Below, one piece after another: positions 10,220 to 18,972 of a stretch of 64,000 bases of DNA (within the stretch, counting starts at the first letter, position 1; each line of letters opens with the position of its first letter). The notes below the pieces were generated by a model. That model saw only the letters and a program-made list of their open reading frames with translations, had not been told where the DNA came from and searched no databases. The stretch comes from Thiotrichaceae bacterium (GTDB lineage Bacteria; Pseudomonadota; Gammaproteobacteria; SZUA-140), in assembly GCA_002401765.2 (NCBI GenBank), contig NVTY02000019.1, positions 47,845 through 111,844 on the forward strand, read 5' to 3'. The position numbers were made by a program, and so were the translations under genes.

Positions 10220-11257
10220 ATGAATATGAGTCGATTGTTAACTGTTATTGCATCTGCATGGATGCTGCTCTCTACCGCTGCATTTGCAGGCTTTGAACCC
10301 TTTCAGCCGCTACCAGCCAGCCCACCGATCCCAAGCGATAACCTGCAGACATCGGCCAAGATTGCGCTGGGCAAACAACTTTATTTTGATAGTCGACTTT
10401 CTGCCACGTATCGTGTTTCGTGCAATGGTTGTCACAATGTGATGTCGGCGGGTGATGATGGCAAAGCGGTCTCGCGTGGTGCCTTAGGGATCGCGGGTAA
10501 GCGCTCTGCGCCAACACTTTATAACGTCGCGTATCAGACTGTTTATTTCTGGGATGGGCGTGCGGCGAGCCTTGAAGAGGCAATTAAAGAGCACCTGATC
10601 AGCCCGATGGAAATGGGCATGAAAGATAAAAGTGCGGTCGTTGAGCGACTCTGGCAGACAGGTAACTATCAGCAGATTTTTGCGGATACCTTTGGCCCGG
10701 GTGTTGCGTTGAGTTATGAAACCATTACACAGGCACTGGCGTCATATATCCGAACACTGGGTACGCCAGATAGTGATTTTGATCGTTACCTGCGTGGTGA
10801 TAAGGGCGCGATCTCAGTGCAGGCGAAGCGTGGTTACCGTGAGTTTATTGAAGTGGGTTGTGCCTCTTGCCATTTTTGGGTGAATCTGTCTGGCCCTGTC
10901 CCTGGCCTGGCATTTCAGATGGGAGATGGGTTTTATGAATTGTTCCCCAATTATCCGGGTACTAAAGATGAAGCGCGCTATCAATTGGCAGATGATCTTG
11001 GTCGTTACTACGTGACAAAAGATGAGACTGATCGCCGCATGTGGCGTGTGCCTGTATTGCGTAACGTTGGATTGACAGCGCCGTATTTTCATAACGGCCA
11101 GGTTAAGACGTTAGAAGAGGCGATCCGTGTGATGGGCAGCACTCAGTTGGGCAAGGTATTAAGCCGTGCACAACAAGCAGATATCGCTGCATTCTTGCAT
11201 ACCGTGAGTGGGCGTTTCCCAACACAGAAATTCCCTAAGCTTCCTGCCTCTTATTAA
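10220..11257 (+). CDS. Di-haem cytochrome c peroxidase (CCP/MauG family)
   Basis: Signal peptide, two CxxCH motifs (CNGCH and CASCH), and the conserved APYFHNG near the C-terminus. ATG at 10220 with a GAAGG RBS is preferred over the longer ORF. Confidence 0.8.
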   Translation: MNMSRLLTVIASAWMLLSTAAFAGFEPFQPLPASPPIPSDNLQTSAKIALGKQLYFDSRLSATYRVSCNGCHNVMSAGDDGKAVSRGALGIAGKRSAPTLYNVAYQTVYFWDGRAASLEEAIKEHLISPMEMGMKDKSAVVERLWQTGNYQQIFADTFGPGVALSYETITQALASYIRTLGTPDSDFDRYLRGDKGAISVQAKRGYREFIEVGCASCHFWVNLSGPVPGLAFQMGDGFYELFPNYPGTKDEARYQLADDLGRYYVTKDETDRRMWRVPVLRNVGLTAPYFHNGQVKTLEEAIRVMGSTQLGKVLSRAQQADIAAFLHTVSGRFPTQKFPKLPASY

Positions 11258-11268
11258 GAGAATCGATT

Positions 11269-11826
11269 ATGTCCGTGAGTTTTGAAGAGGCGCAGGCTGT
11301 ATTGGCGCGTGCTGAATGTTTACATTCGGTGGATGAGATTAACGTTGCGTTTGATCAGATGGCGGATGCCATTTCACAGAAGATTGGTGATTGCGAACCA
11401 CTGGTGATCTGCGTGATGCAGGGCGGCCTAATTCCGACGGGATTGCTGTTGTCGCGCCTGAGTTTTCCACTGCAGATCGATTACCTGCACGCCTCACGTT
11501 ACGGTGGCAAAACACGTGGCGGTGAGCTTGATTGGAAGGTGTTGCCACATCATGAGCTAAAGGGGCGTACGGTATTGCTGGTGGATGATATCCACGATGA
11601 AGGGGTGACGCTTAAGGCGATCATCGAGTATTGCAAAGAGCATGGTGCTGAAACGGTGCTAAGTGCGGTGTTGATTAATAAATTGCATGAGCGTAAAGCG
11701 GCAGCCCCCGCTGATTTTGTTGGGCTGGATGTAGTAGACCGTTACCTGTTTGGTTATGGCATGGATTACAAAGGGCATCTACGCAATGCGCCGGGTATTT
11801 ATGCCGTTTGCAGTGATGATGAGTGA
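11269..11826 (+). CDS. Hypoxanthine-guanine phosphoribosyltransferase
   Basis: PRPP-binding motif VLLVDDIHDEGVT and C-terminal FGYGMDY, typical of 6-oxopurine PRTs. Confidence 0.8.
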   Translation: MSVSFEEAQAVLARAECLHSVDEINVAFDQMADAISQKIGDCEPLVICVMQGGLIPTGLLLSRLSFPLQIDYLHASRYGGKTRGGELDWKVLPHHELKGRTVLLVDDIHDEGVTLKAIIEYCKEHGAETVLSAVLINKLHERKAAAPADFVGLDVVDRYLFGYGMDYKGHLRNAPGIYAVCSDDE

Positions 11827-11833
11827 GTAAACG

Positions 11834-12577
11834 ATGGTAGATTTAGCAATTATTGGCGGTACGGGATTAACATCACTAGATGGCCTGGAGATCGTCAGGC
11901 GAGAGGTGGTTCATACGCCATTTGGTGAGCCTTCTGGACCGTTGACTCATGGTATGTTGAATGGCAAAGAGGTGCTGTTCCTGGCGCGCCATGGTTATGG
12001 TCATACCATTCCACCACACCGCATTAACTATCGTGCCAATCTCTGGGCATTGCATCACGCCGGTATTAAGCGGGTGATTGCAGTCGCGGCAGTCGGTGGT
12101 ATTCATGATGATTTGCCGCCGGGCGCGCTGGCGATTCCGGATCAAATTATTGATTACACCTGGGGGCGCCCTAGCACTTACTTTGAGGATGATTTGACTG
12201 AGGTAACGCACATCGATTTTAGCTATCCCTACTGTGATGAGTTGCGCGCGCTACTGATTGATCAATGCAAAGCGGCAGGTTTGAATGCCTGTGAAACGGG
12301 TACTTACGGTGCGACTCAGGGGCCGCGTCTTGAGACTGCTGCTGAGATCGCAAGAATGGGGCGCGACGGCTGTACCATGGTGGGAATGACGGGGATGCCT
12401 GAGGCCGTGCTGGCGCGTGAACTCGACTTGAACTACGCCTGTTGTGCGGTATCTGCCAATTGGGCGGCGGGCAAAGGGGATGGCTCTGTTATTTCAATGG
12501 CAGAGATTGAAGAGAACCTTAAGACAGGAATGGAGAGTGTACGAAAAGTACTGCAGCAGTTGCTGTCAAGTTTATAG
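11834..12577 (+). CDS. S-methyl-5'-thioadenosine / S-methyl-5'-thioinosine phosphorylase (MTAP family)
   Basis: IIGGTGL start, FLARHG, YRANLWAL, and the GPRLETAAE and MTGMPEA motifs of MTAP-type PNPs. Confidence 0.85.
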   Translation: MVDLAIIGGTGLTSLDGLEIVRREVVHTPFGEPSGPLTHGMLNGKEVLFLARHGYGHTIPPHRINYRANLWALHHAGIKRVIAVAAVGGIHDDLPPGALAIPDQIIDYTWGRPSTYFEDDLTEVTHIDFSYPYCDELRALLIDQCKAAGLNACETGTYGATQGPRLETAAEIARMGRDGCTMVGMTGMPEAVLARELDLNYACCAVSANWAAGKGDGSVISMAEIEENLKTGMESVRKVLQQLLSSL

Positions 12578-12581
12578 CCTT

Positions 12582-13679
12582 TTACTGAGCCTCGGTGTCG
12601 ATAGTCTCGACACTCTCATTGAGTGATGCGGCATCAGATGCGAGATTTTCTTCCCGTGCGATTTCTGGTTCTGGCTCAGGTTCAGGCAGCTCGTAAGGGA
12701 TAATCTTCACTAGCATGCCAAACATGGGGTGGTCGAAATAGTGCAGCTCTCCGCTGCGTAGGCGTCTTTTCTGATGCATACGGAATAGTGTGGGTGGTTG
12801 CTCGATTTCATCAAAGTTCATGAAAAAGGTGTTGTTTTTCAGTGGCTCTGTCTGGCTACGATAGAGCAAATCTGCCTCAAGGTGCAAATAACGTCCGAGG
12901 TGTAGTTTGATGGTGCCATCGAGTGTTTTGAACTGCGCTTCAATTGGGTTTTTTTCGTTGTCATCCTGAGACACAAATAGCATCGGCGATTTGCTTAATC
13001 CCGCGGGTGCCATCAGAGTATTGATGCTCCTGAAACTGGGTGTTGAGGTCAATGTGACCTGGCTCAAATTGCTATGAATATAGATGGTTTGGGCCGCTTC
13101 TTTTGACGCCACAGGCTGACGCCATGCAATGTTTAAAATAGGCACGTATTGGGCTGAATTTGTTAATGTGTCGGTAAATTCCATTAGCGTTAGTGCGTCA
13201 TCAGAGAGTAGCTGGAAAGGTTGTTCCTGAGGCGATTCTTTTATCGCTAGCACTGTTGTTGCCGTGGTGTGTAGCAACTCAGGCGTGATTGCTAAGCCAA
13301 TAGCATCCGCCTGGGTAAATGTGTGGTTAATTTCTATTTCAAGCGTGTTTTCAGCGCTTGCGGCGGGTAAAAACAATGGGTTTTCTTCGTTCTCGATGTT
13401 AATGTTATCTTCAAGATCAGTTTCGATTATGGGACTAAGCTTGATGGAGTTTTCATAGTTTGGCAGGCCGGGATCATCGGGCCAAATTTCCTGTGAATCT
13501 ATGGTGTTTTTTTCTCGGATTTCAAAGACTATAATCTCGGTCTGAAACCATCGTTCCTCCTCGTCAGGCTCTGGCTGCGCGTTGCCAGGGGTACTCAACA
13601 GTGCGCTGAGCAGGATGGATGGGAATGTAAGGAAAGTACGGGTCATAGAATAATAATTATCAGGCCTGGGTTTTAGCAA
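12582..13679 (-). CDS. Secreted protein, probably CsiV/DUF2803 family (peptidoglycan-associated)
   Basis: Signal peptide followed by the RWFQTEIIVFE motif I associate with CsiV-family proteins. C-terminal RMHQKRRLRSGELHYFDHPMFGMLV block and an acidic PEPEPEPE tail. The family assignment is from memory. Confidence 0.45.
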   Translation of the reverse strand: MLKPRPDNYYSMTRTFLTFPSILLSALLSTPGNAQPEPDEEERWFQTEIIVFEIREKNTIDSQEIWPDDPGLPNYENSIKLSPIIETDLEDNINIENEENPLFLPAASAENTLEIEINHTFTQADAIGLAITPELLHTTATTVLAIKESPQEQPFQLLSDDALTLMEFTDTLTNSAQYVPILNIAWRQPVASKEAAQTIYIHSNLSQVTLTSTPSFRSINTLMAPAGLSKSPMLFVSQDDNEKNPIEAQFKTLDGTIKLHLGRYLHLEADLLYRSQTEPLKNNTFFMNFDEIEQPPTLFRMHQKRRLRSGELHYFDHPMFGMLVKIIPYELPEPEPEPEIAREENLASDAASLNESVETIDTEAQ

Positions 13680-13686
13680 ACAATAA

Positions 13687-13839
13687 CGTAACTATTCAGC
13701 ATAGTGAAAAATAGGCATGTAACTGTTCAGGTTGCTTCTGAAGTTTGTCAGGTCAAGGCGAAAAATATGAGTTTACAGGTGTAAATGATCATTTTTCAAC
13801 GCAGAAATGGCAGGTTTCAGGAGAGAACTGAATAGTTAC
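13687..13839. mobile_element. MITE-like element (family B): 12 bp perfect terminal inverted repeats flanked by an 8 bp direct repeat
   Basis: GTAACTATTCAG at 13687-13698 and its reverse complement CTGAATAGTTAC at 13828-13839. ACAATAAC appears at both flanks (13680-13687 and 13840-13847). An internal near-copy GTAACTGTTCAG lies near 13719. No coding capacity. Confidence 0.45.
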
Positions 13840-14062
13840 ACAATAACAGAAAGTGAATGGCAACATAAGGGGAGAGAGGGGGAGCTATGCCGTTTTTTTG
13901 GCATGCGTAAAATTCTTCTCGCTGATGATTTCTAACGTAAATCCTTAGAAATTTCCATATTACTCATTGATCCTCGGTTTTTGATGGCCGAGCACGCATG
14001 TGTCGTTATGTCCGTTGTCTTATACTTGCTCACCGCGCATGACTAATGTACTGAGGGTGGAA

Positions 14063-14464
14063 ATGAGGGAAGAAATTTCAAGAGTGCGGCTGAGCTATGG
14101 GCGCGCCATTTCAAAACGGCAGTTTTTGGACCGTTTTTATGAACTGTTTATGAGCAGCAGCCCTGCTGTTGCACGTAAGCTTGCCTCGACCGATATTGCG
14201 ACGCAGCAGGAGTTGCTATCGCAGGCGATTAATATGGTGATCCTTTTTCCTCAGGGCAATAAGATTGCAAAAAATGCGATTAAAAGAATCCGTGAATCGC
14301 ATTGTCGTGATCGCTTGGATATTAAACCTGAGTATTATCAGTTCTGGATTGATAGCCTGATTGCTGCACTGTCTGAGCATGATCCTGATTTCAATGAAGA
14401 ACTGGATCGCGCGTGGCGCAAAGTGGTGCAGGAAGCGATTGATTTTATTGCTGAAGGGTATTGA
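14063..14464 (+). CDS. Single-domain globin-like protein (sensor-globin/protoglobin-type fold)
   Basis: FLDRFYELFMSSSPAVARKL ... TDIATQQELL, then a candidate proximal His in RESH followed by IKPEYYQFWIDSL, as in globin-coupled-sensor globin domains. ATG 14063 has a GAGGGTGG SD just upstream. Confidence 0.55.
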   Translation: MREEISRVRLSYGRAISKRQFLDRFYELFMSSSPAVARKLASTDIATQQELLSQAINMVILFPQGNKIAKNAIKRIRESHCRDRLDIKPEYYQFWIDSLIAALSEHDPDFNEELDRAWRKVVQEAIDFIAEGY

Positions 14465-14468
14465 TTGA

Positions 14469-15149
14469 TTATAGCGCCCAGGCGAAGGCTTTTTCAAATG
14501 TATTGCGTGCATCCTGTGTAATGGGGCTGCCATGCGCGATAATGATCTTTGTAAAATCCCATTTGGATATTGCCTGAATGGAATCATTAAAGGCGGCGCG
14601 GTCTTTTATCAGTGACTTCAGGATGCGAGTGGGTGTGAACCGCTTGTAGGCAGCATTTAAGTGTAAAAAAATCTTGCCCCAGAGTGACATCGTACCGCCA
14701 AGGTTAAAGGCGAGGTCGGTCAGAATCAAGGTTTGGCTCTCTGCATGGAAGAAGACGAATTCTTGTAGTCGTGGCATACCATTGACCGCGATGCACTGTA
14801 TCTCATTATGCTGAAATGGTAGGAGGTTATTGGTACGCCCTGCGAGTGCGTGTTTTGTTAGGCATTGATCTGTTGGAGCGTATAGCGCTGATTTGGGGTA
14901 GTGCTGCTGCCATTCCTGGATGAAGCGGGTATGTTCCAGGTTGGGTGAAATTAAATAGCGAACTTCTCCGAGTGTATCAATAGCGGTGTAGGTTTCTTCA
15001 TTGCATGGGATCATTGAATGAATCAAAAGTTGTTGGTTACGCAGGCGTACAATCGTCATGCGCAAGCCTAGTGGTACCCCTAGAAAGCTTGAGGGCTGTT
15101 CTACTGTCCAGATGTTGGGCCCAAACTGAAGAAGTAGGTTACTATGCAT
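14469..15149 (-). CDS. DUF4336-like protein (metallo-hydrolase-like fold), function unknown
   Basis: 226 aa. The pattern IWTVEQP...GVPLGLRMTIVRL...LLIHSMIP...LGEVRYLISPNLEH...W...YP resembles DUF4336. Overlaps the marR-type gene upstream by 8 nt, so it is probably co-transcribed. Confidence 0.5.
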   Translation of the reverse strand: MHSNLLLQFGPNIWTVEQPSSFLGVPLGLRMTIVRLRNQQLLIHSMIPCNEETYTAIDTLGEVRYLISPNLEHTRFIQEWQQHYPKSALYAPTDQCLTKHALAGRTNNLLPFQHNEIQCIAVNGMPRLQEFVFFHAESQTLILTDLAFNLGGTMSLWGKIFLHLNAAYKRFTPTRILKSLIKDRAAFNDSIQAISKWDFTKIIIAHGSPITQDARNTFEKAFAWAL

Positions 15150-15588
15150 GATGCTTGTCCTCTTGAGTGTGGATGGCGCTGAGCTGAGCCAGTGTGTTTC
15201 TGAATCGCTCGTATTCTACTTTGCCTAGCGCTGTCTCATATTGAAGTTCAATATCAGCAACAATCTCGACGGCGCGTGAAATTAATTCGCTTCCTTTTTC
15301 GGTGTAATGAACAAACTTGACGCGCCGATCATGCTGCTCTTCAGTGATATTTAGGTAGCCCTTTGTGGTTAGCTCTTTCACCATTCTTCCTACCAGTTGT
15401 TTACTCAGTGCGGCATCTTGCGCAAGTTGACTGATCATCATCCCTTCGTTATTGAGGTGGCGTAGGATGTTTAGGTGTGAGGGGGTGACGTCAGTAATGC
15501 GGTGTGTGGCAAGCTGTTCGAGCAATGTCTGCTCAAAGCCTCTGAAAAGTTTGAGTACAAGTCTGGCGGTGGGTTTAAGTGTTGTCAT
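15142..15588 (-). CDS. MarR-family transcriptional regulator
   Basis: Winged-HTH region: ITDVTPSHLNILRHLNNEGMMISQLAQDAALSKQLVGRMVKELTTKGYL...DRRVK. ATG at 15588 is preferred over the longer ORF. Confidence 0.8.
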   Translation of the reverse strand: MTTLKPTARLVLKLFRGFEQTLLEQLATHRITDVTPSHLNILRHLNNEGMMISQLAQDAALSKQLVGRMVKELTTKGYLNITEEQHDRRVKFVHYTEKGSELISRAVEIVADIELQYETALGKVEYERFRNTLAQLSAIHTQEDKHHA

Positions 15589-15594
15589 GCCCAA

Positions 15595-15633
15595 TAGTAA
15601 ACTATATTTACTATAAAAGTAAATGCAGTTTAC
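15595..15633. promoter_or_regulatory. Two adjacent palindromes immediately upstream of the marR-type gene; candidate autoregulatory operator
   Basis: TAGTAAA-ctata-TTTACTA (15595-15613, perfect 7-5-7) and GTAAA-tgcag-TTTAC (15619-15633, perfect 5-5-5). They share a GTAAA/TTTAC half-site and start 7 nt from the start codon. Confidence 0.4.
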
Positions 15634-15752
15634 CAATCGGCTGTTTATGCTGAGGCTAATGGGGGCTGTATTCGTTATCATGTTAATCAATGAGATATAA
15701 TGATCGTTGGAATTGTGCCTGTATTGAGGCGCAAGCAGTGGGTTAGGAGTTT

Positions 15753-16301
15753 GTGATGTCGGTTAAAAAAGTGGTCAGGATGGGCGATCCTGTATTGTTG
15801 AGCGCGGCGGAGCCGGTGGTGAAATTTAATACGCGTGCACTGAGTCGTTTAGTGAATAATTTGCTCGATACGATGGCGAAGCATGATGGCGCAGGTCTGG
15901 CGGCACCGCAGATTGGGGTAGGCTTACAAGTGGTGGTGTTTGGGCTAGCTGCTAATCCTCGTTACCCTGAAGAGGAGTCGATACCGATGACTGTGCTGGT
16001 TAATCCGCGGATTGAGCCATTGAGTGATCAGGTGGAGGATGGTTGGGAAGGGTGCCTCAGCGTCCCTGGATTGCGCGGTCTGGTGTCGCGTTATACCTAT
16101 ATTCGATATAGTGGGTTTGATCAGTTTGGCGGCAAGATTGAGCGTGAGGTGCGGGGGTTTCATGCGCGCGTGGTGCAACACGAGTGTGATCATCTGGACG
16201 GTGTACTCTACCCTCAGCGCATGACCAATATGCGCGCCTTTGGTTTTGAAGACGAGTTAGAGAGGGCGGTGGAAGCAGAAGAGGTCGATAAAAAAGAGTA
16301 A
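15753..16301 (+). CDS. def: Peptide deformylase
   Basis: All three PDF motifs: GAGLAAPQIG, EGCLSVPG and QHECDHLDG. Confidence 0.9.
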   Translation: MMSVKKVVRMGDPVLLSAAEPVVKFNTRALSRLVNNLLDTMAKHDGAGLAAPQIGVGLQVVVFGLAANPRYPEEESIPMTVLVNPRIEPLSDQVEDGWEGCLSVPGLRGLVSRYTYIRYSGFDQFGGKIEREVRGFHARVVQHECDHLDGVLYPQRMTNMRAFGFEDELERAVEAEEVDKKE

Positions 16302-16326
16302 TATTTTGTCGAGCATATGGTTAAGT

Positions 16327-16352
16327 GCTAGATCAGTTGGGGTTGATCTAGC
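16327..16352. terminator. Hairpin between the convergent def and DAHP synthase genes
   Basis: GCTAGATCA-gttggggt-TGATCTAGC, a perfect 9 bp stem. No clear U-tract on either side. Confidence 0.35.
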
Positions 16353-16371
16353 GCGTGATTCACCTGGTTTA

Positions 16372-17481
16372 TTAGCACTTGTTTGCTAGTGCAACACGCT
16401 GCTCATAGGCCGCCCGTGTGATACGGATGTCTTCGAGAAAGTAGGGCAGTTCTTTGAGTGTTAACGCTTGAGGTCCATCGACCAATGCCTTCTTGGGTTC
16501 TGGATGGAAATCAACCAATACCATATTGGCTCCCGCGATGATGCCTTGTGCAGTAACATGCATCACATCCAGAATATTGTCGGGCGCGATGTCACGTGAG
16601 CCGACAGAATGAGAAGGATCAATACAAACGGGCATTCGGGTGAGTCGTTTTACGACCGGTACATGTGCAAAATCAACAAAGTTGCGATGTGGGTCACCCA
16701 TGTTGGTTTTCATCCCGCGTAGACCAAATATTACGTTGCTATTACCTTCGCTGGCGAGGTATTCGGCAGCATTAAGAGACTCTTCCAATGTAATGCCGAA
16801 ACCGCGTTTTAACAGTACTGGATGCTTCTGCTGGCGACCGACGATCTTCAGTAGTTCAAAATTTTGGGTGTTACGGGTGCCGATTTGAAACATCACGCCG
16901 GTTGAATTCCCCGTCTGCTCTAACGCTTCATTGATCTCATCGATATGGCTTTCGTGGGTGATTTCCATCGCAACCACTTTGATGTCATATTTACCAGCAA
17001 GCTCGAAAACATAGGATAGGCATTCTTTACCGAAGCCCTGGAATGAGTAAGGATTGGTGCGGGGTTTATAGGCGCCCATGCGTGTGCATTGCTGGCCATT
17101 TTCCTGCAGAATTTTCATCATCGCCTCAACATGCTCGCGCGTGTTGACGGCGCACAGGCCGGCAAATACATTGAGGTTGTCCTGACCGAAGGTGATGCCG
17201 TTGTATTCGAATGAGCAAGTGCGGGTATCATCTTTATGACGTCCCAGTACACGGTATTCTTCAGAGATACGTACGGCACGTTCAACGCAAGGGAGTGTGC
17301 TCATGTCATCAATGTTCAGGGCATGTGTGTCACCGATCAGGTATATTTCAGTGAGGGTCTGTTGTGACCCCGTTACCTGGTGCAAGCGGTGCTCGACAGA
17401 TGGCAGGTTATTAAGATGGTCCATTAGGCGCTGGTAATCGTTGCCTTGCGGGTCTGTATCTGGTGCCAGAATTAAAATCAT
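16372..17481 (-). CDS. 3-deoxy-7-phosphoheptulonate (DAHP) synthase, type I-beta with an N-terminal regulatory extension
   Basis: About 90 aa of N-terminal domain, then a KDO8PS/DAHPS I-beta core (GAYKPRTNPYSFQG, LLKRG, CIDPSHS). Confidence 0.8.
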   Translation of the reverse strand: MILILAPDTDPQGNDYQRLMDHLNNLPSVEHRLHQVTGSQQTLTEIYLIGDTHALNIDDMSTLPCVERAVRISEEYRVLGRHKDDTRTCSFEYNGITFGQDNLNVFAGLCAVNTREHVEAMMKILQENGQQCTRMGAYKPRTNPYSFQGFGKECLSYVFELAGKYDIKVVAMEITHESHIDEINEALEQTGNSTGVMFQIGTRNTQNFELLKIVGRQQKHPVLLKRGFGITLEESLNAAEYLASEGNSNVIFGLRGMKTNMGDPHRNFVDFAHVPVVKRLTRMPVCIDPSHSVGSRDIAPDNILDVMHVTAQGIIAGANMVLVDFHPEPKKALVDGPQALTLKELPYFLEDIRITRAAYEQRVALANKC

Positions 17482-17743
17482 GAGTGGTTATCCGATATGT
17501 TTTCAGTCAAGGTTTATTATTTCATAGAATGAAGGTTTAGTGCTGTCAATTAATGATATTTGACGAGCCGAGCCTGTTGTCCATGCGCATATTTTAAATA
17601 GCGACAGGGTGGTGAGGGCAGGGCTATGGTGCGATGGATGTGCTTGCCTGGAGCAGGCAGCACTGAACTTTTCAGTTCAGAAGCTCTTGCCGCTTGGCCC
17701 AACGAAGTCAGCCAACTTCATCTCTTTTGATTGCTGGGCAATA

Positions 17744-18676
17744 TTAATTTTCCCCAGCAAATTTCACGCAATTTCGGCCTGCATTTTTTGCTTCGTACAT
17801 TGCTATATCAGCCCTGTCAAACAGTGTTGTGGCATTATCCTCAGCGTTGATACATGCAACACCTAAGCTAGCAGAGGTGGGGATTAACTCGTTTCCATAC
17901 TTGTAGCTACTGGTGTAGATGGTTCTGCGAATTCGCTCTGCAAGCAACATGGCGCCATCTTTTCCTGTATTGCTGAGTAGAATGGTGAATTCTTCACCGC
18001 CGTAGCGAAATAGCATGTCCGAGCTGCGGGTGCATTCGGAAATGCGTTCAACAACGGCTTGTAGGATGCAGTCGCCAGCCGTGTGGCCATATTCGTCATT
18101 GATCTGTTTGAAAAGATCTATATCAAGGGCAATCAGCGATAGTGGCGTGTTGTGGCGTTGTGCTAATTCGATTTCACGGCTGATGGCTGAATTCATCGCT
18201 GCGCGATTGTTGGCTCCGGTGAGCGGGTCTCGTAGGGCAGCAGTCAGTGCACCTTTGTATAATAGGGCATTGCGCAATGGGTAGACCAAGCTGCAAAGCA
18301 GGTGTTCAAAGAGTGTTGTTTCTTGCTGATCGAAAACCGTTGATCGTGTGATGGTTAATTTGCCTAGTGACTGGCCTGCGGCTGACAGTTGATACGAGCA
18401 TGAGTGCTTGGTAGGGGTGCCAACTTCCAGTCGAATTCCTTGCGTTTGGTGTTCGTACACCATGCTTTGATGTGGAATCATGATGCTTATTTCCTGAGAA
18501 AAAATCTCAATCAGGGATTCGCAGTCGAGAGTTGTCTGTAGGACACTGACGATTTGAAGCGCTCGGTTTAAGCCGCCTTGTCCAGATTCAGTCTTTAAGG
18601 CATCTGACATTAATGCCAGATTACCAAATTCGTAAACCATATCCTTGTCATTTGGTTGTGTATACGGGATCGGCAT
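17744..18676 (-). CDS. Diguanylate cyclase (GAF-like N-terminal domain + GGDEF)
   Basis: RDPLTGANNR, DIDLFKQINDEYGH, and a GGEEF active site with an RSSD (RxxD) I-site five residues upstream. Confidence 0.85.
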   Translation of the reverse strand: MPIPYTQPNDKDMVYEFGNLALMSDALKTESGQGGLNRALQIVSVLQTTLDCESLIEIFSQEISIMIPHQSMVYEHQTQGIRLEVGTPTKHSCSYQLSAAGQSLGKLTITRSTVFDQQETTLFEHLLCSLVYPLRNALLYKGALTAALRDPLTGANNRAAMNSAISREIELAQRHNTPLSLIALDIDLFKQINDEYGHTAGDCILQAVVERISECTRSSDMLFRYGGEEFTILLSNTGKDGAMLLAERIRRTIYTSSYKYGNELIPTSASLGVACINAEDNATTLFDRADIAMYEAKNAGRNCVKFAGEN

Positions 18677-18972
18677 TTTCGAACCTCCTTCGTTAGTGCC
18701 AGCACGTCCATGGCAATATGCATGGAGTGTGCCAGTATGTATTTCAACATCACTTAGAGCGCTAATACCACTAAAACATCGTTATGATACATAAATTTAC
18801 GGTCATGCAAAGGATAATATTTAATTCGCCAATATTTTGGCTTTCATGGGCGAGCGATCTTGCGGCAAAAAATGCCGCTTGGAACGTGTGACAGGTGGCG
18901 TCGGGGCGGAATAATGCTAGGCTGAAATAGGCGTTAAAGGATTAACGTGGAACTAATATCAGGGAGAGATGA

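Noticed and set aside
17609-17866. 85 aa plus-strand ORF at the 3' end of the diguanylate cyclase gene
   Set aside because: It overlaps the GGDEF gene on the opposite strand and spans terminator-like hairpins. It is Cys-rich with no RBS.
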